From Rhizaria sp. SCN 62-66 (taxonomy: Eukaryota), in the NCBI GenBank assembly GCA_001724265.1, contig MEDY01000145.1:1-62933 (forward strand): DNA of 62,933 nucleotides. Reading direction: 5' to 3'. Below the pieces are notes generated by a model that was not told the DNA's origin, did no database searches, and saw only the letters and a list, made by a program, of their open reading frames with translations. The translations under genes and the position numbers were made by a program. Shown here piece after piece: positions 1-11,581 of the stretch. The number at the start of each line of letters is the position of its first letter. Position 1 is the first letter of the stretch.

Positions 1-1
1 C

Positions 2-691
2 TTGGCGCGGCTGCGGCGCGGCGTGGAGAAGGGCGAACCGGCTGCCATGTATACATACGGCCGTGCAACGTACTATGGTCAGTTTGGCCTCAAGCCGGAA
101 GCTACGCTCGGACACGCGCTGATGCTGCGATCTGGGAAATCTGCCGAAGGCGACGGCTTCTATGGCCCCGCGGCGGCGTATTACGGGAAGAGCGAGCGTT
201 CTATGCTGCACACGAAGGCTGCGGCCGAGGCCGGTGTGACTGAAGTGCAAGTGACCCTCGGCAAGCACCTCGTCGAAACAGGCAATCACGCGAACGGCAT
301 GTACTGGCTGCGCATCGCCGCCGACGCGGACGACGTGCAGGCGCTTGTTCTGCTTTCGGAGATCAGCTACAAAGGCCTTTACGGCCAGCCCAAGAACAAC
401 GACGACTCGTTCCGCTTCGCCATGCGCGCGGACGCGACGGGCCACCCCGCGGGGCGCGCAGAGCTGGCGATGCACTACGTGCTGGGCGTCGGCGTGCGGC
501 ACGATCCCGAGCGCGGCGCGCGGACGCTGTATGAAATTGTGACGGCATCCAATAACGAGCACGCGATGTATCTCTTGGCCGTCTGTCTGGTCAACGGCTG
601 GGGCATTCTTCGCGACCATAACGCCGCCAAGTATTGGTTGATTCGCATCCACGATAGCCCCAAGGCATCGCTTCTGCTCTGCCAGCTCTAA
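2..691 (+). CDS. SEL1-like repeat protein, 5'-truncated by the window edge
   Basis: Several roughly 36-aa units with SLR consensus A-x2-LG-x2-Y-x2-G-x-G: AAMYTYGRATYYGQFG, ELAMHYVLGVGVRHD, AMYLLAVCLVNGWGILRDHNAAKYWL. Ends TAA 689-691. Confidence 0.85.
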   Translation: MARLRRGVEKGEPAAMYTYGRATYYGQFGLKPEATLGHALMLRSGKSAEGDGFYGPAAAYYGKSERSMLHTKAAAEAGVTEVQVTLGKHLVETGNHANGMYWLRIAADADDVQALVLLSEISYKGLYGQPKNNDDSFRFAMRADATGHPAGRAELAMHYVLGVGVRHDPERGARTLYEIVTASNNEHAMYLLAVCLVNGWGILRDHNAAKYWLIRIHDSPKASLLLCQL

Positions 692-1180
692 GGGTTATGT
701 ACGATTTAGGTTGAGAGAGTAAGGTCGCGCAATTATCTCATGTTTATTAAAGGCATAATTTAAGTAGAATAAAATGTCATTTGTGTGACCTGCTCTACTA
801 GTGAGTGTTGTTGTGATGCTTTGACCATGAGAAACTGCGTTAAATCTCTTTAACATATAAACTCGAGGCCGCACTTCTGGCACTCGGAGTCGATGACCGG
901 GCGAACATATAGAACCTATCAAGTCATGTTTATGGTAATATGATGTTTGTATTAGGCACATATCGCCAATAATCGGACATGAACATCGAAAAGTCCTAGT
1001 GGCACTGCATACATCCCCGTGAAGAAGGCAGCTAACATCGCATGCAGCTGTGCAGCTCAGCACTACTGTGAAGCAGCACCAACGATTCCAATCTATATAT
1101 CGCCAACTAGAGTATCTCCCCCGCCATGTTTCGCTATGGTTCTGTGTTGATTTAGTTAGTCTTTTGCGTGTTGCGTGTGT

Positions 1181-1776
1181 TTACGCGCTGGTGGTGTTGC
1201 CGGCGTACTCCCACTCGACGTTGCATAACGGACACAGCTTGTGGTCGAACAGCCAGCGCTCGATGCAGTGCTGATGGTACGAGTGTTTGCAGATGCCTGT
1301 GCAGCGCGGGTAGGAAACAAAGCAAGGCGAGGCAATGAAAGGAAACAAGAAAGCGTGAGCACGTGATCAGTTGATGAATCGGATTGGAAACGAGTTGGAT
1401 GAAGGAGCGACAGCAGTACAGTGAACGAGCGCGACGTACCCCACGCGGGCATGCAGTCGCGGACGCGCGTGTTGCTCCCGCCCTCGGCAGGCGTGTTGCA
1501 GTTGAGGCAGTGCATGGTGAGCGCGTTGTGGCAGATGGAGCACGTGGTCGAGGTCTCGCCGTAGGACCACACGGCCACGGCGCTCCACTTCTTCACCACA
1601 ACAGGCGCCGCGGCGGCGGGCTGCTGAGCGGATGCGGCCGGAGGAGCTAAAGGTGTGAGAAATAGACGGTAGTATATAATTTGTGCAAACGTGAGTGGTT
1701 TTGATTCCTGAAGAGAAACAGTGATAGTAGGGTCTCGGATGAGGTCCTTTTGGCTGATGGAATTCGTACCTGACAT
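1181..1776 (-). CDS. RING-H2 protein of the RBX1/RBX2 (RING-box) family, 3 exons (1776-1770, 1646-1440, 1296-1181), about 109 aa
   Basis: Spliced translation ...VVKKWSAVAVWSY...CSICHNALTMHCLNC...DCMPAWGICKHSYHQHCIERWLFDHKLCPLCNVEWEY matches the RBX pattern. Donors GTACGA and GTACGT, acceptors TTTAG and CACAG. Stop TAA. Confidence 0.85.
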
Positions 1777-2379
1777 GGCGGTCTATCAACGTGTTCCAAA
1801 GTAATGAGTCAACGAAAAAAATAGGAGTAAGAGTGCCAATATGAGAACCGTCTCTGCATTTCGAGAACACGAAAAAAATAGGCTTGACGAGAGAGTCCTA
1901 GACATCCTGGTCACTCCACCACCACAAAGCAAGTTCGTCATTTTTGAAGACAAGATTCTTAACCATAAACAACATAATACATAGTATAAATAACAGTGAG
2001 TAGTCAACACAAACGTGTCTGTGTCATGCACACTACTAGCTCCCATTAACGGCCTATACCCGAACATATTCATCATCATAGACTCCCCATCTATGATACC
2101 CAAGCAGGCCTCTATTGAGCAAAGTACCGCCGTCTTTTGGCGTCTGGTGCGACTTATACAGTCCGTCTATGGGGTCGATAGTCGAGAACCTATATCACGT
2201 AATTACTTTCTGTATTTTCCCATAATTATATCACCTGAGACATCTGGCTAACCTCACTTGGGCATTCTCCACGCCTTCTGTCCGTTAGTCGCCTTCAGCA
2301 ACACTCGAGCCACACGACGCAGTGTGTGACAACGTTCTCTTGAGACACAAGAAGCCTCGCATTCGGAACGCGAGCGCGC

Positions 2380-5300
2380 ATGGCGCACGCAGCTAACTCG
2401 CAAGCTATTGAGCGCATCGTGCAATGCTTGATCTGCTACGGCCCTCCTGATAAGGCCCGCGCCTGCTCATCATGTTCAGCACTCTTCTGTGAAAACTGCA
2501 TCCTGGTACGGCATAACAAACGCCACTAGGGTCGTGGTCTCGGTATAACACTTTACTCGTGATGTGCTTTGGTTTTGTGTGGTATTTGTTTTCTTTATAA
2601 CATGCTATCACTCCATCTCTTCATCACTTCTCACTCGCACAATGCTGCCTCATGTGTGCTTGTATCCCTGACCGTCTCGCTACAACAGCGGTGGCTCGTC
2701 ACCAAGCCCCGCTGTCCGCTCTGCGCAACGCCAGCGACATCTATAGACCGATTTGTCAAGCTCCGCTGGGTCGAAGACTTGTCTTCGCTTGTGCACAAAG
2801 CCCCAGCGACGGGGCCGCCGGAAGAGGAGGTACGCGTTGTTAACACTGCAACTCTGATATATCAGCGTAGCATGGGTAACTTTGAATTATATTTACGTGT
2901 ATTGTCTGCATATTTTTTTATAATCTCAATGTAACTAGTCGACATTATGCTTACTTCACTTCGTGCACCGTCCTGCTGTATCGTTCCTGCGCGGGCGCCC
3001 GCCCGCCCGCAGTCTTGTCCGAGCCACTCCGCGCCGCTGTCGTACTGGTGCGTTGACTGCGCGCAGTGCCTGTGTGGCGACTGCGCAATGCTGGACGCCA
3101 CGCACCGCGGCCACGCCTTCCGTAAGGTTGCCGACGTGCGGGCCGAGCTTGCGGCCCGCGCCGACGCGCTCGTGCCGCACATCGCCACGCGGTCCGCGGA
3201 ACGCGAGCAGCAGGAGCAGGACATGGTGCTCTTCTACGCGCGCGTTAAGGACACGCTCGCGTGGCTCGACTCGTGCGCAACGCTGCTGCCTGTTGCGGCT
3301 CTCGCGCCGTGCCACGCGCTGCTGACCTCCTTCTCCTCCTTCCTCACGGCCTCGGTCCACGCAGAGCGCGCGCACGCCCTGGCCGCGGCGCACGCGTACC
3401 ACGGCATCGAGCGCGCGCTGGCCACGCCCACGGCCGCCGCGCTGGCCGGGCTCGCCGCCGCAGCCCCGCGCTGGGCGGCGCGCGTCCTGCCCCCGCTCGC
3501 GCTCGGCCCCGACCACTGGGCCGCCGCCAGGGCGCTCTTCGCGGGCGCCTTCGCGGACGCCGCCGCCGCCGTCGTGCCCCGCGCCGCCACGGGCGCCGCC
3601 ACCGTGCCCGTCGCGGCGCTGGGCGCGGCGCCCGGCGCAGTCCGCGAGCTCGGCGTCGTGCGCCTCAACGGCTCGCGCTTCGCCTTCTTCCTCCACTGCG
3701 AGTGCCGCTGCGGCCGCGGCGCGGGCGCGAGCGCGGGCAGCGGCGCCGGTGTCGGCCTGGGTGGGCTGGGCGCGGCGAGCGCGGCGGCGCTGGCGGTGTG
3801 CGCGTGCCCGCTGTTTGCGCTGGCGCACTGCAGCAGCGAGCGCGGCGACGTCCGCGCCCCCGCAGCGCAGCGGGAGGCGGTCACGCGCGCGCTCCAGCGA
3901 CTCACGCCGGCGCCGCCCGCGCCCTTCGAGACGTTCTCCTCTCAGACCGGCGATGCGTCTGCGCACGCGGGCGCGGCGGTGACGCAGGCAAGCCTGCTCT
4001 GCGGTCCACATCAAAGCAGCAACAACAGCAGTAGTGGCGGCGGTAGTGTACTGGGGCGGGTCTGGGCCAGCGAGGCCCGCGCCGCCGCGGCCGCGGCCGC
4101 CACGGCCGCCACAGCCGCCAGCACAGAGACCGCTGACAACCACCAACAGCAGCAGTTGCAGCCGCAGCAAGTGCGCGAGTCTGCGCTCGACTCGCAGCCG
4201 CCGTTGCGCGCCACGGGCTCGTACAAGCTGCAGGTGACGGTGATGCGCCGCCTGCCCGGTGAGACGGCGGCGGCCGCGCTGCGCCGCACGCAGGCGCTCG
4301 GCGCGACGCCTTGGGAGCTCATCGACCTTGCCAACGCCAACCCTACCGCGAGCGTGGGCGCGGGCGCGTGCGCACACAGCTGCGGCGGCGGCGGCGATGG
4401 CGCTCTTAGCAGTTTGAACGCTGCGGTGAGCGGCGAGACTGTGAGCGGGCGCGCAACGCTCGCTGACGGCGACTCCGGCCGGCTCAAGCTGCCGTCTACT
4501 GAAGAGCTTGTCGCGCGCGGCCTGCTCTCTGCGCTGTCGGGGCCGGCCGCGGTGTCGGCGTGCACGGGAGCTGACTCAAACTGCCACGGCGACAGTGAGG
4601 GCAACAGTGAGGCGAGTATCACTGTGCGCTTCTCCGTGGCGTGCTGCGACGTGTTTCAGCAGGCGCAGGAGGCTGACGCGCACGCGCTGTGGCTGCAGGA
4701 GCACGCGAGCAAGCTCGAGCGTGAGAACCAGCGCCTGCGCGCCGCGCTGAACACGGCAGCTGCGGGGCAGCAGCCGCAGCAGCAACCGCAGCAGGAGCTG
4801 CAGCATATGAGGCCACAACAGCCTCAGCAGCAGCAACAGCATTATACGCAGCAACAGCAGCAGCAACACGGCGTGTCTCAGGACACTGCGCCCCGCACTG
4901 CGGCCGCGCGCGCCCGTTTGGCGCCACCGACAACAACAACCGCTGCAACGACTGCGTCGGCGCCTGTGACCGCGGCTGCATATGCTCCTGCTCTGGCGTC
5001 CCCGAACAAGGCTGTCACGCTAGCTACGCCGCTGACTGTGCCGCCTGCTGTTCAGCGCACGCGCAGCGGCACTGATCTGCCGTCCGCAGCAGCAGCGCCT
5101 GTGGCGGGGCGAAACTCGCTTGCTTACACAACACCGCTGCCGCTGGGTCCCGCAGCGTACGCGCCTGCAAATGTTGCGCCAGCCAACAACAGTGTTCACA
5201 GCAGTGCTGGCGGTGCGGTTCCTGCTCGTATTGGCGCCGACGGTGCTGCTAACGCTGGTGTCGCTTCAGAGGCGCTGATCGCAGAGCTCACGCAGCTTAC

Positions 5301-6276
5301 GGAAGAGCTGCTTTCGGTCTCCCCAACGCCCATCTTTGTCCCTAACACTGCGCCACAGAATAAGCTCTTAAACGTTGCGAAGGCAGCGGCATCCGCAGTG
5401 CCGGCAATGAGTGTAGCGACACCGCGGCGCGCCGCCGCTAGCAGCACGACTATGGCCGCACCACCGGGCAACGCTGCGCGCGCTCACACGGCGCACGCGA
5501 GCGTGACCATTGCGCACGCGGGCACAAATGCAAGCGGCGTCGATGCTGAGGCTGACGCGGAGAACGAGACGGAGCGGCTTGTGGCGCGCGCGCTCGCGGC
5601 CTTGGCGCGGCACACGGGCTCTGTGCCCGCGCTTCCGCCGCTGAACCAGCCGCTGCACCACACGCCTTCTCGTGGGAACGGGAACGCTAACGCTCAGCTG
5701 CAGCCGCAACCGCAATCGCAGTCTTTGTCGGCGCATCTGCCGGGGCGCAGGGGCGGCGCGCTGCTGAGCCCGACTGGTCGGCTGCTGACAGGCGTTCCGA
5801 CGCGCGCGGCAAGTGGTGACGAAGACTTTGACGATGACGACGACAACTATGGCGATGTCGGTCGTCCTGCTGCGGCGCAAAACAACAATGGGATGCGCTA
5901 TAGCGGTGATAGTGTTGCTGGGATTGCGGACGCGTATAACTCAAAGATGATTGCGCCGATAACGAGTCGCGTCCTGAAATTTGGTGTGAACGACAGCGCC
6001 ACGAACTGTGACGACACTGCGCAGTTTCAGTCACATGCGCATTTGCCGCATGACAGTGTGCGCGCGCGTCTGGCGGCCGACAGTTCGGGGCTACCACGAT
6101 ATGCGTTCCGCAGCAATAACAGTGATAGCGAGATCCTCGACGTCAATGATAACGACGGTCGATGTAACCTGAACGGCCAAGAAGACAATTGTTCGATCGG
6201 TAACTACGCCGATGACGCGTCCTCATTGGGTGAGGTGAGGTCGCGGCAAGACAGCGTTGACAACATCGACAACTAA
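2380..6276 (+). CDS. TRIM37: TRIM37-like E3 ligase (RING, B-box, coiled coil, interrupted MATH-like domain, long low-complexity tail); exons 2380-2505, 2689-2829, 3013-6276; about 1176 aa
   Basis: CLICYGPPDKARACSSCSALFCENCIL|RWLVTKPRCPLC...VKLRWVEDL and B-box CPSHSAPLSYWCVDCAQCLCGDCAMLDATHRGHAFRK parallel the TRIM37 N-terminus as I recall it. Both introns are GTACG...CAG and keep the frame. Stop TAA. Confidence 0.8.
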
Positions 6277-7099
6277 GCAATGTGTACCGTATGTTTCCTC
6301 TCGGTCACCAACACGTTTTTCAGAGTAATATTGTTCCGGCGAGTGGAAATGGACGAACTCGTTGCAGCTGACACATCCAGATTTGTACTTAGTATTTTAA
6401 AGAAAGTGAAAAAATAAACAACGTCATAATGTGCGTGCTTTTAACTCACGTCAGGCAGAAATTGTGTGTCATTCACGTATGGCTTGCTTTTGTTTTCTCC
6501 TGCATTAACTAGTACTGTATCGTGTATGTTTACTCACCAATGAACCTCTCTTAAAACTAATGATCACAGTCACCACGAACCTGCGTCCAGCGATGTATTA
6601 TCCAAGAAATGATCCCATGTACGATTTTGTATTTCAAAGAAAACACGGATTTTCAATCATAGATTGATGACGGAGTTTCATTGGAGCATGTTGTACGATG
6701 CCTTGTGAATGTATATATTTGTAAGTTCGCACTTTCGTAGAAGCATGTTGACACGTCAGAAAGACGCATGCTGTGAGTTGCGAATCTAGTGCGAACATGG
6801 CGAGCCGCAACGATCGTAACCGCCTTCTCCGGCTCGTTAGATGCAAATTTTAGCAATGTAGTATGGCTGTGATAGTGCCTATGTTGGCGCCATTTATTTA
6901 TTAAACTGGATTTCTCTTAAACCACATGTTTCATAGTTTCATAGCCCATTGTACTGGCAACTCTGACGGCCTGCAATAACGCTCGTCTGTCGATCACCAG
7001 CCACTGTTCTAATGTCGTGTTCCTTGTTTACTCGCTTATTCACGCACGCACAATGCGCTCAATCTGTTATGTGGCGTGTGTTTTTCCCAAGTAGGCTGC

Positions 7100-9186
7100 A
7101 TGTCGCGACTGTATCTCACCTACCTGTTCGCGAACGGCCTGCCCCTAGAAGATGATAAAGCTTCAGATATTCCCAAATGTGAGACCCTGCAGCCGGTTGC
7201 TAGCTCTCCCAGCAACGCTGTTTCCAGTGGAACTTCCACGCCCACCGCCCAGCATGCCTCATCGGATGAGTACTGGGCGTCCTCGGCGCTGCTCAACGAG
7301 AGCCAGGACTACACAACCTTGGTGAAGGCTTTCGCAGGCGTCAAATGCGACGCTCGCTACGTGTGTCGTGTGGCTTCACCGGACAAGCTGAAGGACTGCA
7401 TCTACAAAGCGTGCGCGCTTCGCGTTGCAGAGCCCGACTCAGTGTCCGTGCTGCATTTGACGTGCCACGCTGATTCCGCGAGTCTGCACCTTGAGTGCGG
7501 GACAGCGAACATGGACACGACGTACATGAAGAAAGAGGAGCTCGAATACCTTCTGACAAACGAGTACAACAGGGTCGCCTCAGATCCTAACGTTTGCTTC
7601 AACGAAAAGGACCATCGACCCCCGTTTGACCTGGTTTTGCTCATGTGCTGCAACGGCGTCGTGCACGCGAAGCCCTTCACACTGCGCAACATGCCCGTCA
7701 TCACGACGGGCAAATGCGCGATCGATGACACTGTGGGTGTGAACTTCGCACAGGCCCTTTACCAGAAGCTCTTTGTGTGGGACGAGCGCGCGCCGTCGCT
7801 GATAGAAGCCTACGAGCATGCGTGCAAGAGTGTTCGGGGCAAGAAAGGTACAGTCGCAGACTGCGCAAACAGTGCGCCCATGATGCCAAATACCTTTCTG
7901 TTCATCGAGCCGTTGTCCAGCTGCGAATACGGCAAGTGCCATCGCACGGGTCCAAACCTCGGTAACACCATGCCGTCGCAGCGCCTCAAGTCTCACCGAC
8001 CCAGTCAGTCGGTTGCCCTGAACCCGCCGTTCATGCCTGTGGCGAGCAGCGAGAGGCTGCTGGGGCGCGACCGCGAGCTGAGGCTACTGTGCTAGGTCTT
8101 CACAAAGTGCCTCGATTCGCGGCCGCGGCCAACCGTTGTGTGCGGACTGCGCCACGGTGGGAAGTCAACTTTTGTTGATGCTTTCTGCACACGCTTGGGC
8201 ATGCGTCATTTCTTCTGGCCTGTGGTGCAACTCAAGGACTGTCTGCAGAGCTCTGTGGAGGAACTCTTACAGCAGGGCAAAATTATGGACGCTTTCCGTG
8301 AGCACTTTCGCTACGATCTCTGCACTGCGTTGGACGTGGATCCTGATGGCTCGGGACCCTTTGACATCAAAAAGATTCTCACGCACCCCAACTCGCTCAA
8401 GGAGTTCGCCCGATGCCCTGGCTACAACTTTCCACGCTGCGACGTCGACGAGTTTCTCCGGACGGTCTCGATTCGCTGGCTGCTTGTGGTGCCGCGCTGC
8501 GACGACATGCTTGAGGCGATGTGCAAGGCTTCACGGAGCTCTTCACAGGGCATATCAGAGTCAAAGCTGAAGGGGGCGTGGATCCAGTGGGTAAACCAGC
8601 TCGCTGACTTTGGGGTCGCGGTGTGTTTGGGCGCAACCCTCAAGGTCAACGACATGAGTACGTCCGGCTCAGATGAGACGTCGGATGATTCCCCGTACAG
8701 TGGCTTCAACCAAGTCGCCGTGCAGCCGCTGGTGGAGCCTGCGATGCGCCAAATCGTCAGACGGAAGCTCACTCTCAGTGTGCACAATGGGCAAGTCCTT
8801 ACCGCGGTCGAGGAGTACTTTAACAAAGAGCAAATCATGCTTCAACAGCGACTGGCAGGACTTGCCGCCGCGGCCAAGGCATTTGCCAAGCACCTCAACA
8901 AGGGCCTCAGCTCGTACAGTCTGAATAAGATCAAGACGATCGATGAGAAGACCGTCAAACAGGCTGTTGACCGCGCGCTTCAAGTTACGCAAGAGGAGTT
9001 TAAGGAGCGTATTAGCGAGTTCGACAGAGGATAGCGCAGGAGTTCGAGTACAAGCGCCAAGAAAAGCTCAAGCGGATAGCGCAGGAAGTTGCGGTGGTCG
9101 AGGGCAACGCAGCGTCTAAGGAATCGGAGATGGCCGACCCCCCAGAAGGACAAGAAGAAGACAACAAAGACGAGGAGGGGCAGTGA
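7100..9186 (+). CDS. CHAT (caspase/HetF-like) protease domain fused to a STAND-like P-loop NTPase; in-frame TAG at 8093-8095 and an apparent -1 frame change at about 9016-9031
   Basis: VLHLTCHA and LVLLMCCNG resemble the CHAT His and Cys motifs. LLGRDRELRLLC*VF is followed in frame by Walker A GLRHGGKST. The codon-biased C-terminus RIAQEFEYKRQEKL...DEEGQ-TGA lies in the -1 frame. A pseudogene is possible. Confidence 0.65.
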
Positions 9187-10186
9187 GGGAGTGATGGTAT
9201 TGTGTCTGTCATTGTAAGCTGCAGGCACGATCTGAAAGTGAATAGCGCATTATATTATTGCAACTGACAGTGACGCGCGTCCGATATAACAGCATTGCTG
9301 TAATATGGTCAGTGATAGAACTGACGTGAGATAAACTGACATTTAGAAGCAATACAAGCTTACTATGATATTTTCGACGTAATTCGATACTTACATGTAC
9401 ATGTATGTACCAGCCTAACACTACTATGCTGTCCACGAACAAAATAAGCCGTAAATGCTCCACGCACACTCTAATTGAGAACTAATTAAATCAAAACAAA
9501 ATAATTAAGTACAATTATTCAATTTTGTTGTCCATATGAAAGAATTATCACAATATTTTTCATCTCAGCCAACAGACGTTGAAGATATAGAGCCAATTCA
9601 CGATTGGCATCCTCAAAGACTTGGTATTATAATAGATGTGAGACATTGGCTAAGGATCTTCATTCTTCAAACAAAAACAATTGCAGATCGCCAAACTAAT
9701 GTGCAAAACGCACGCAATATCAGAAGTTGGCATCCTAGCTCAATTGTCTTCATTCTTTCCGCCCTGCAGAATCTGACCGCAACGCAGTCGCCTGATGCTG
9801 CCAATCGTGGATTCGTTATAATTATATAATTAGTATGGACATGTTGCATCCTACACAGATTATTGCTTGCTAGGACAAGAGCTAATAAAAGTCCGTCATG
9901 TATTGTCCATAAAAAGGCCTGCAGAGACCATTAACTAAAATACCTCACAATTTGCAACAACGGCTTATCTCGGAAGATCTCTGACCCGAGTTAGGCCTTT
10001 GCACGACGCCATTTTGAAGGTTTGTGTCAGTGATTAAATGATACGTGCATGGTTTGCATGGACAAGATAAGATAATATGCTTCATAACATCGCCACACGA
10101 GAAGTACTACTGCTGGTTTTAAACACCAACGCGTTCTTGATTCGCAAAGCAAGAACATTGTACATACATGCTGATGCTAATAGATT

Positions 10187-11058
10187 TCACTTCTCCTTCT
10201 TGGTCACCGTGTCCATGTCCGACATGGCCGCGCCGGCCGCCGCCGCGGTCGCAACTGCGGGCGCAGCGGCGCTCGACCTGGCGAGGGCGCCGTTGGCCGC
10301 GGTGGCGTCGACGATTGCGGCCTCCGCCGGGTCGATCTTTGCGACCTTGCGGTACTCGCGCTCGCCGGTCACGGGGCACTGCATGCACTCCCAGCTCACT
10401 GGGGCCATCGGTTTCCCTGCGCGGCCCTTGGCGGCCACGACGCCGAGGTCCTCGCGCGCCGTGGAGAGGTAATAGGATCGCGAGTCGCCCAGGGAGATGA
10501 CCACGGCGCGCACGATGTCACCAGGGAGGTACGAGTTGTGAACCTCGATCGCGTCCTGCTCGAACGAACGGATGTCGCGCGCTCTGTAAAACAAAACAAA
10601 GGAGAACAACAGCACATACACATTATACGTGAGGGATACAAGACAATCATGAGAGGTGCGAGCATTTGTGGGGATAAACAATCGATTATCGAAGTAAGTG
10701 AGGTTAAGGAAAGTGAGGTGTGAGAGTGGCAGCAAGCAAAGACGTACTTGATGACGCCGGGGATGGGCTGGCGGAAGGTTGTGCTGTTCTCGACCATGAG
10801 GATGTCGGCGTGGGCCATGCGCGCGTTAATCTTGGAGACGCGGCACAGCACCACCGCGCCGATCGCGGGCACTTCGGCCTCCTGCTTCATCAAGCGCACC
10901 GAGAGGGTCTTCTGGCCCGTGGACGCGCGGGTAACCTGCTTCCAGCCCACAACTGAGGCATAGATCGTGCTGTTGACGGCGTACGTGCCAGGACCGCTGA
11001 TATAGTCGCTGGTCGAGCCGACATGGGTACCCGGCACCACAATTTCCTCGTCAGCCAT
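10187..11058 (-). CDS. EXOSC1: Exosome complex component CSL4/EXOSC1; exons 11058-10748 and 10583-10187; about 235 aa
   Basis: IVVPG...GPGTY...IYASVVG; S1-like PGDIVRAVVISLGDSRSYYLSTAREDLGVV; Zn-ribbon PVSWECMQCPVTGEREYRKVAK. One GTACGT...TTACAG intron. Stop TGA. Confidence 0.95.
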
Positions 11059-11581
11059 GCTACGGCACATGAGTGAGTACGCAACGAAAGTTCCGTCAGT
11101 GAGCAAACGCAAAGAGTAGTGGATATACAAGCCAAATAAAGATTACTTTTTTAAAGTTACACAAACAACACATGTCTCATATGAGAGGCAACGCTCATTT
11201 CAAGATGAGCCTAGATGGCCGATGACTGTGTGCAGCCGCCATCACGGCCATCGAGAGGTGGCAGGCCGAGGCGGATCTCAAAGTGGGCCTCAACTGGCTG
11301 TGTCAGCTCACCATATGGGCGTCTTCCCACCGTGCCACCAGGTTGTCATTGCTTTGTCAAGATTTTACCGCTATTGAATCACTTTTATCTTTAATTGAAA
11401 TATGCATGTTGGCTATTTGGCTTCTCCACTATTCGAAATCAGATCTTGTCCTTCAGTGATTCTCTCCCTCAACCACCCTCTCATGTATCCGCCTCAACCC
11501 TGCCTTTCCTATCTCTTCATCTCGTGTTTCCCTTGCACCACGGCTTTATTCTTGCTTGCTGCTGCCAAGCCAACGCAGACC

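Noticed and set aside
9536-9849. AT-rich 97-aa ORF with short duplicated words (TTGGCATCCT, CTTCATTCTT)
   Set aside because: No codon bias or recognisable motif; too weak to call a gene or an element.
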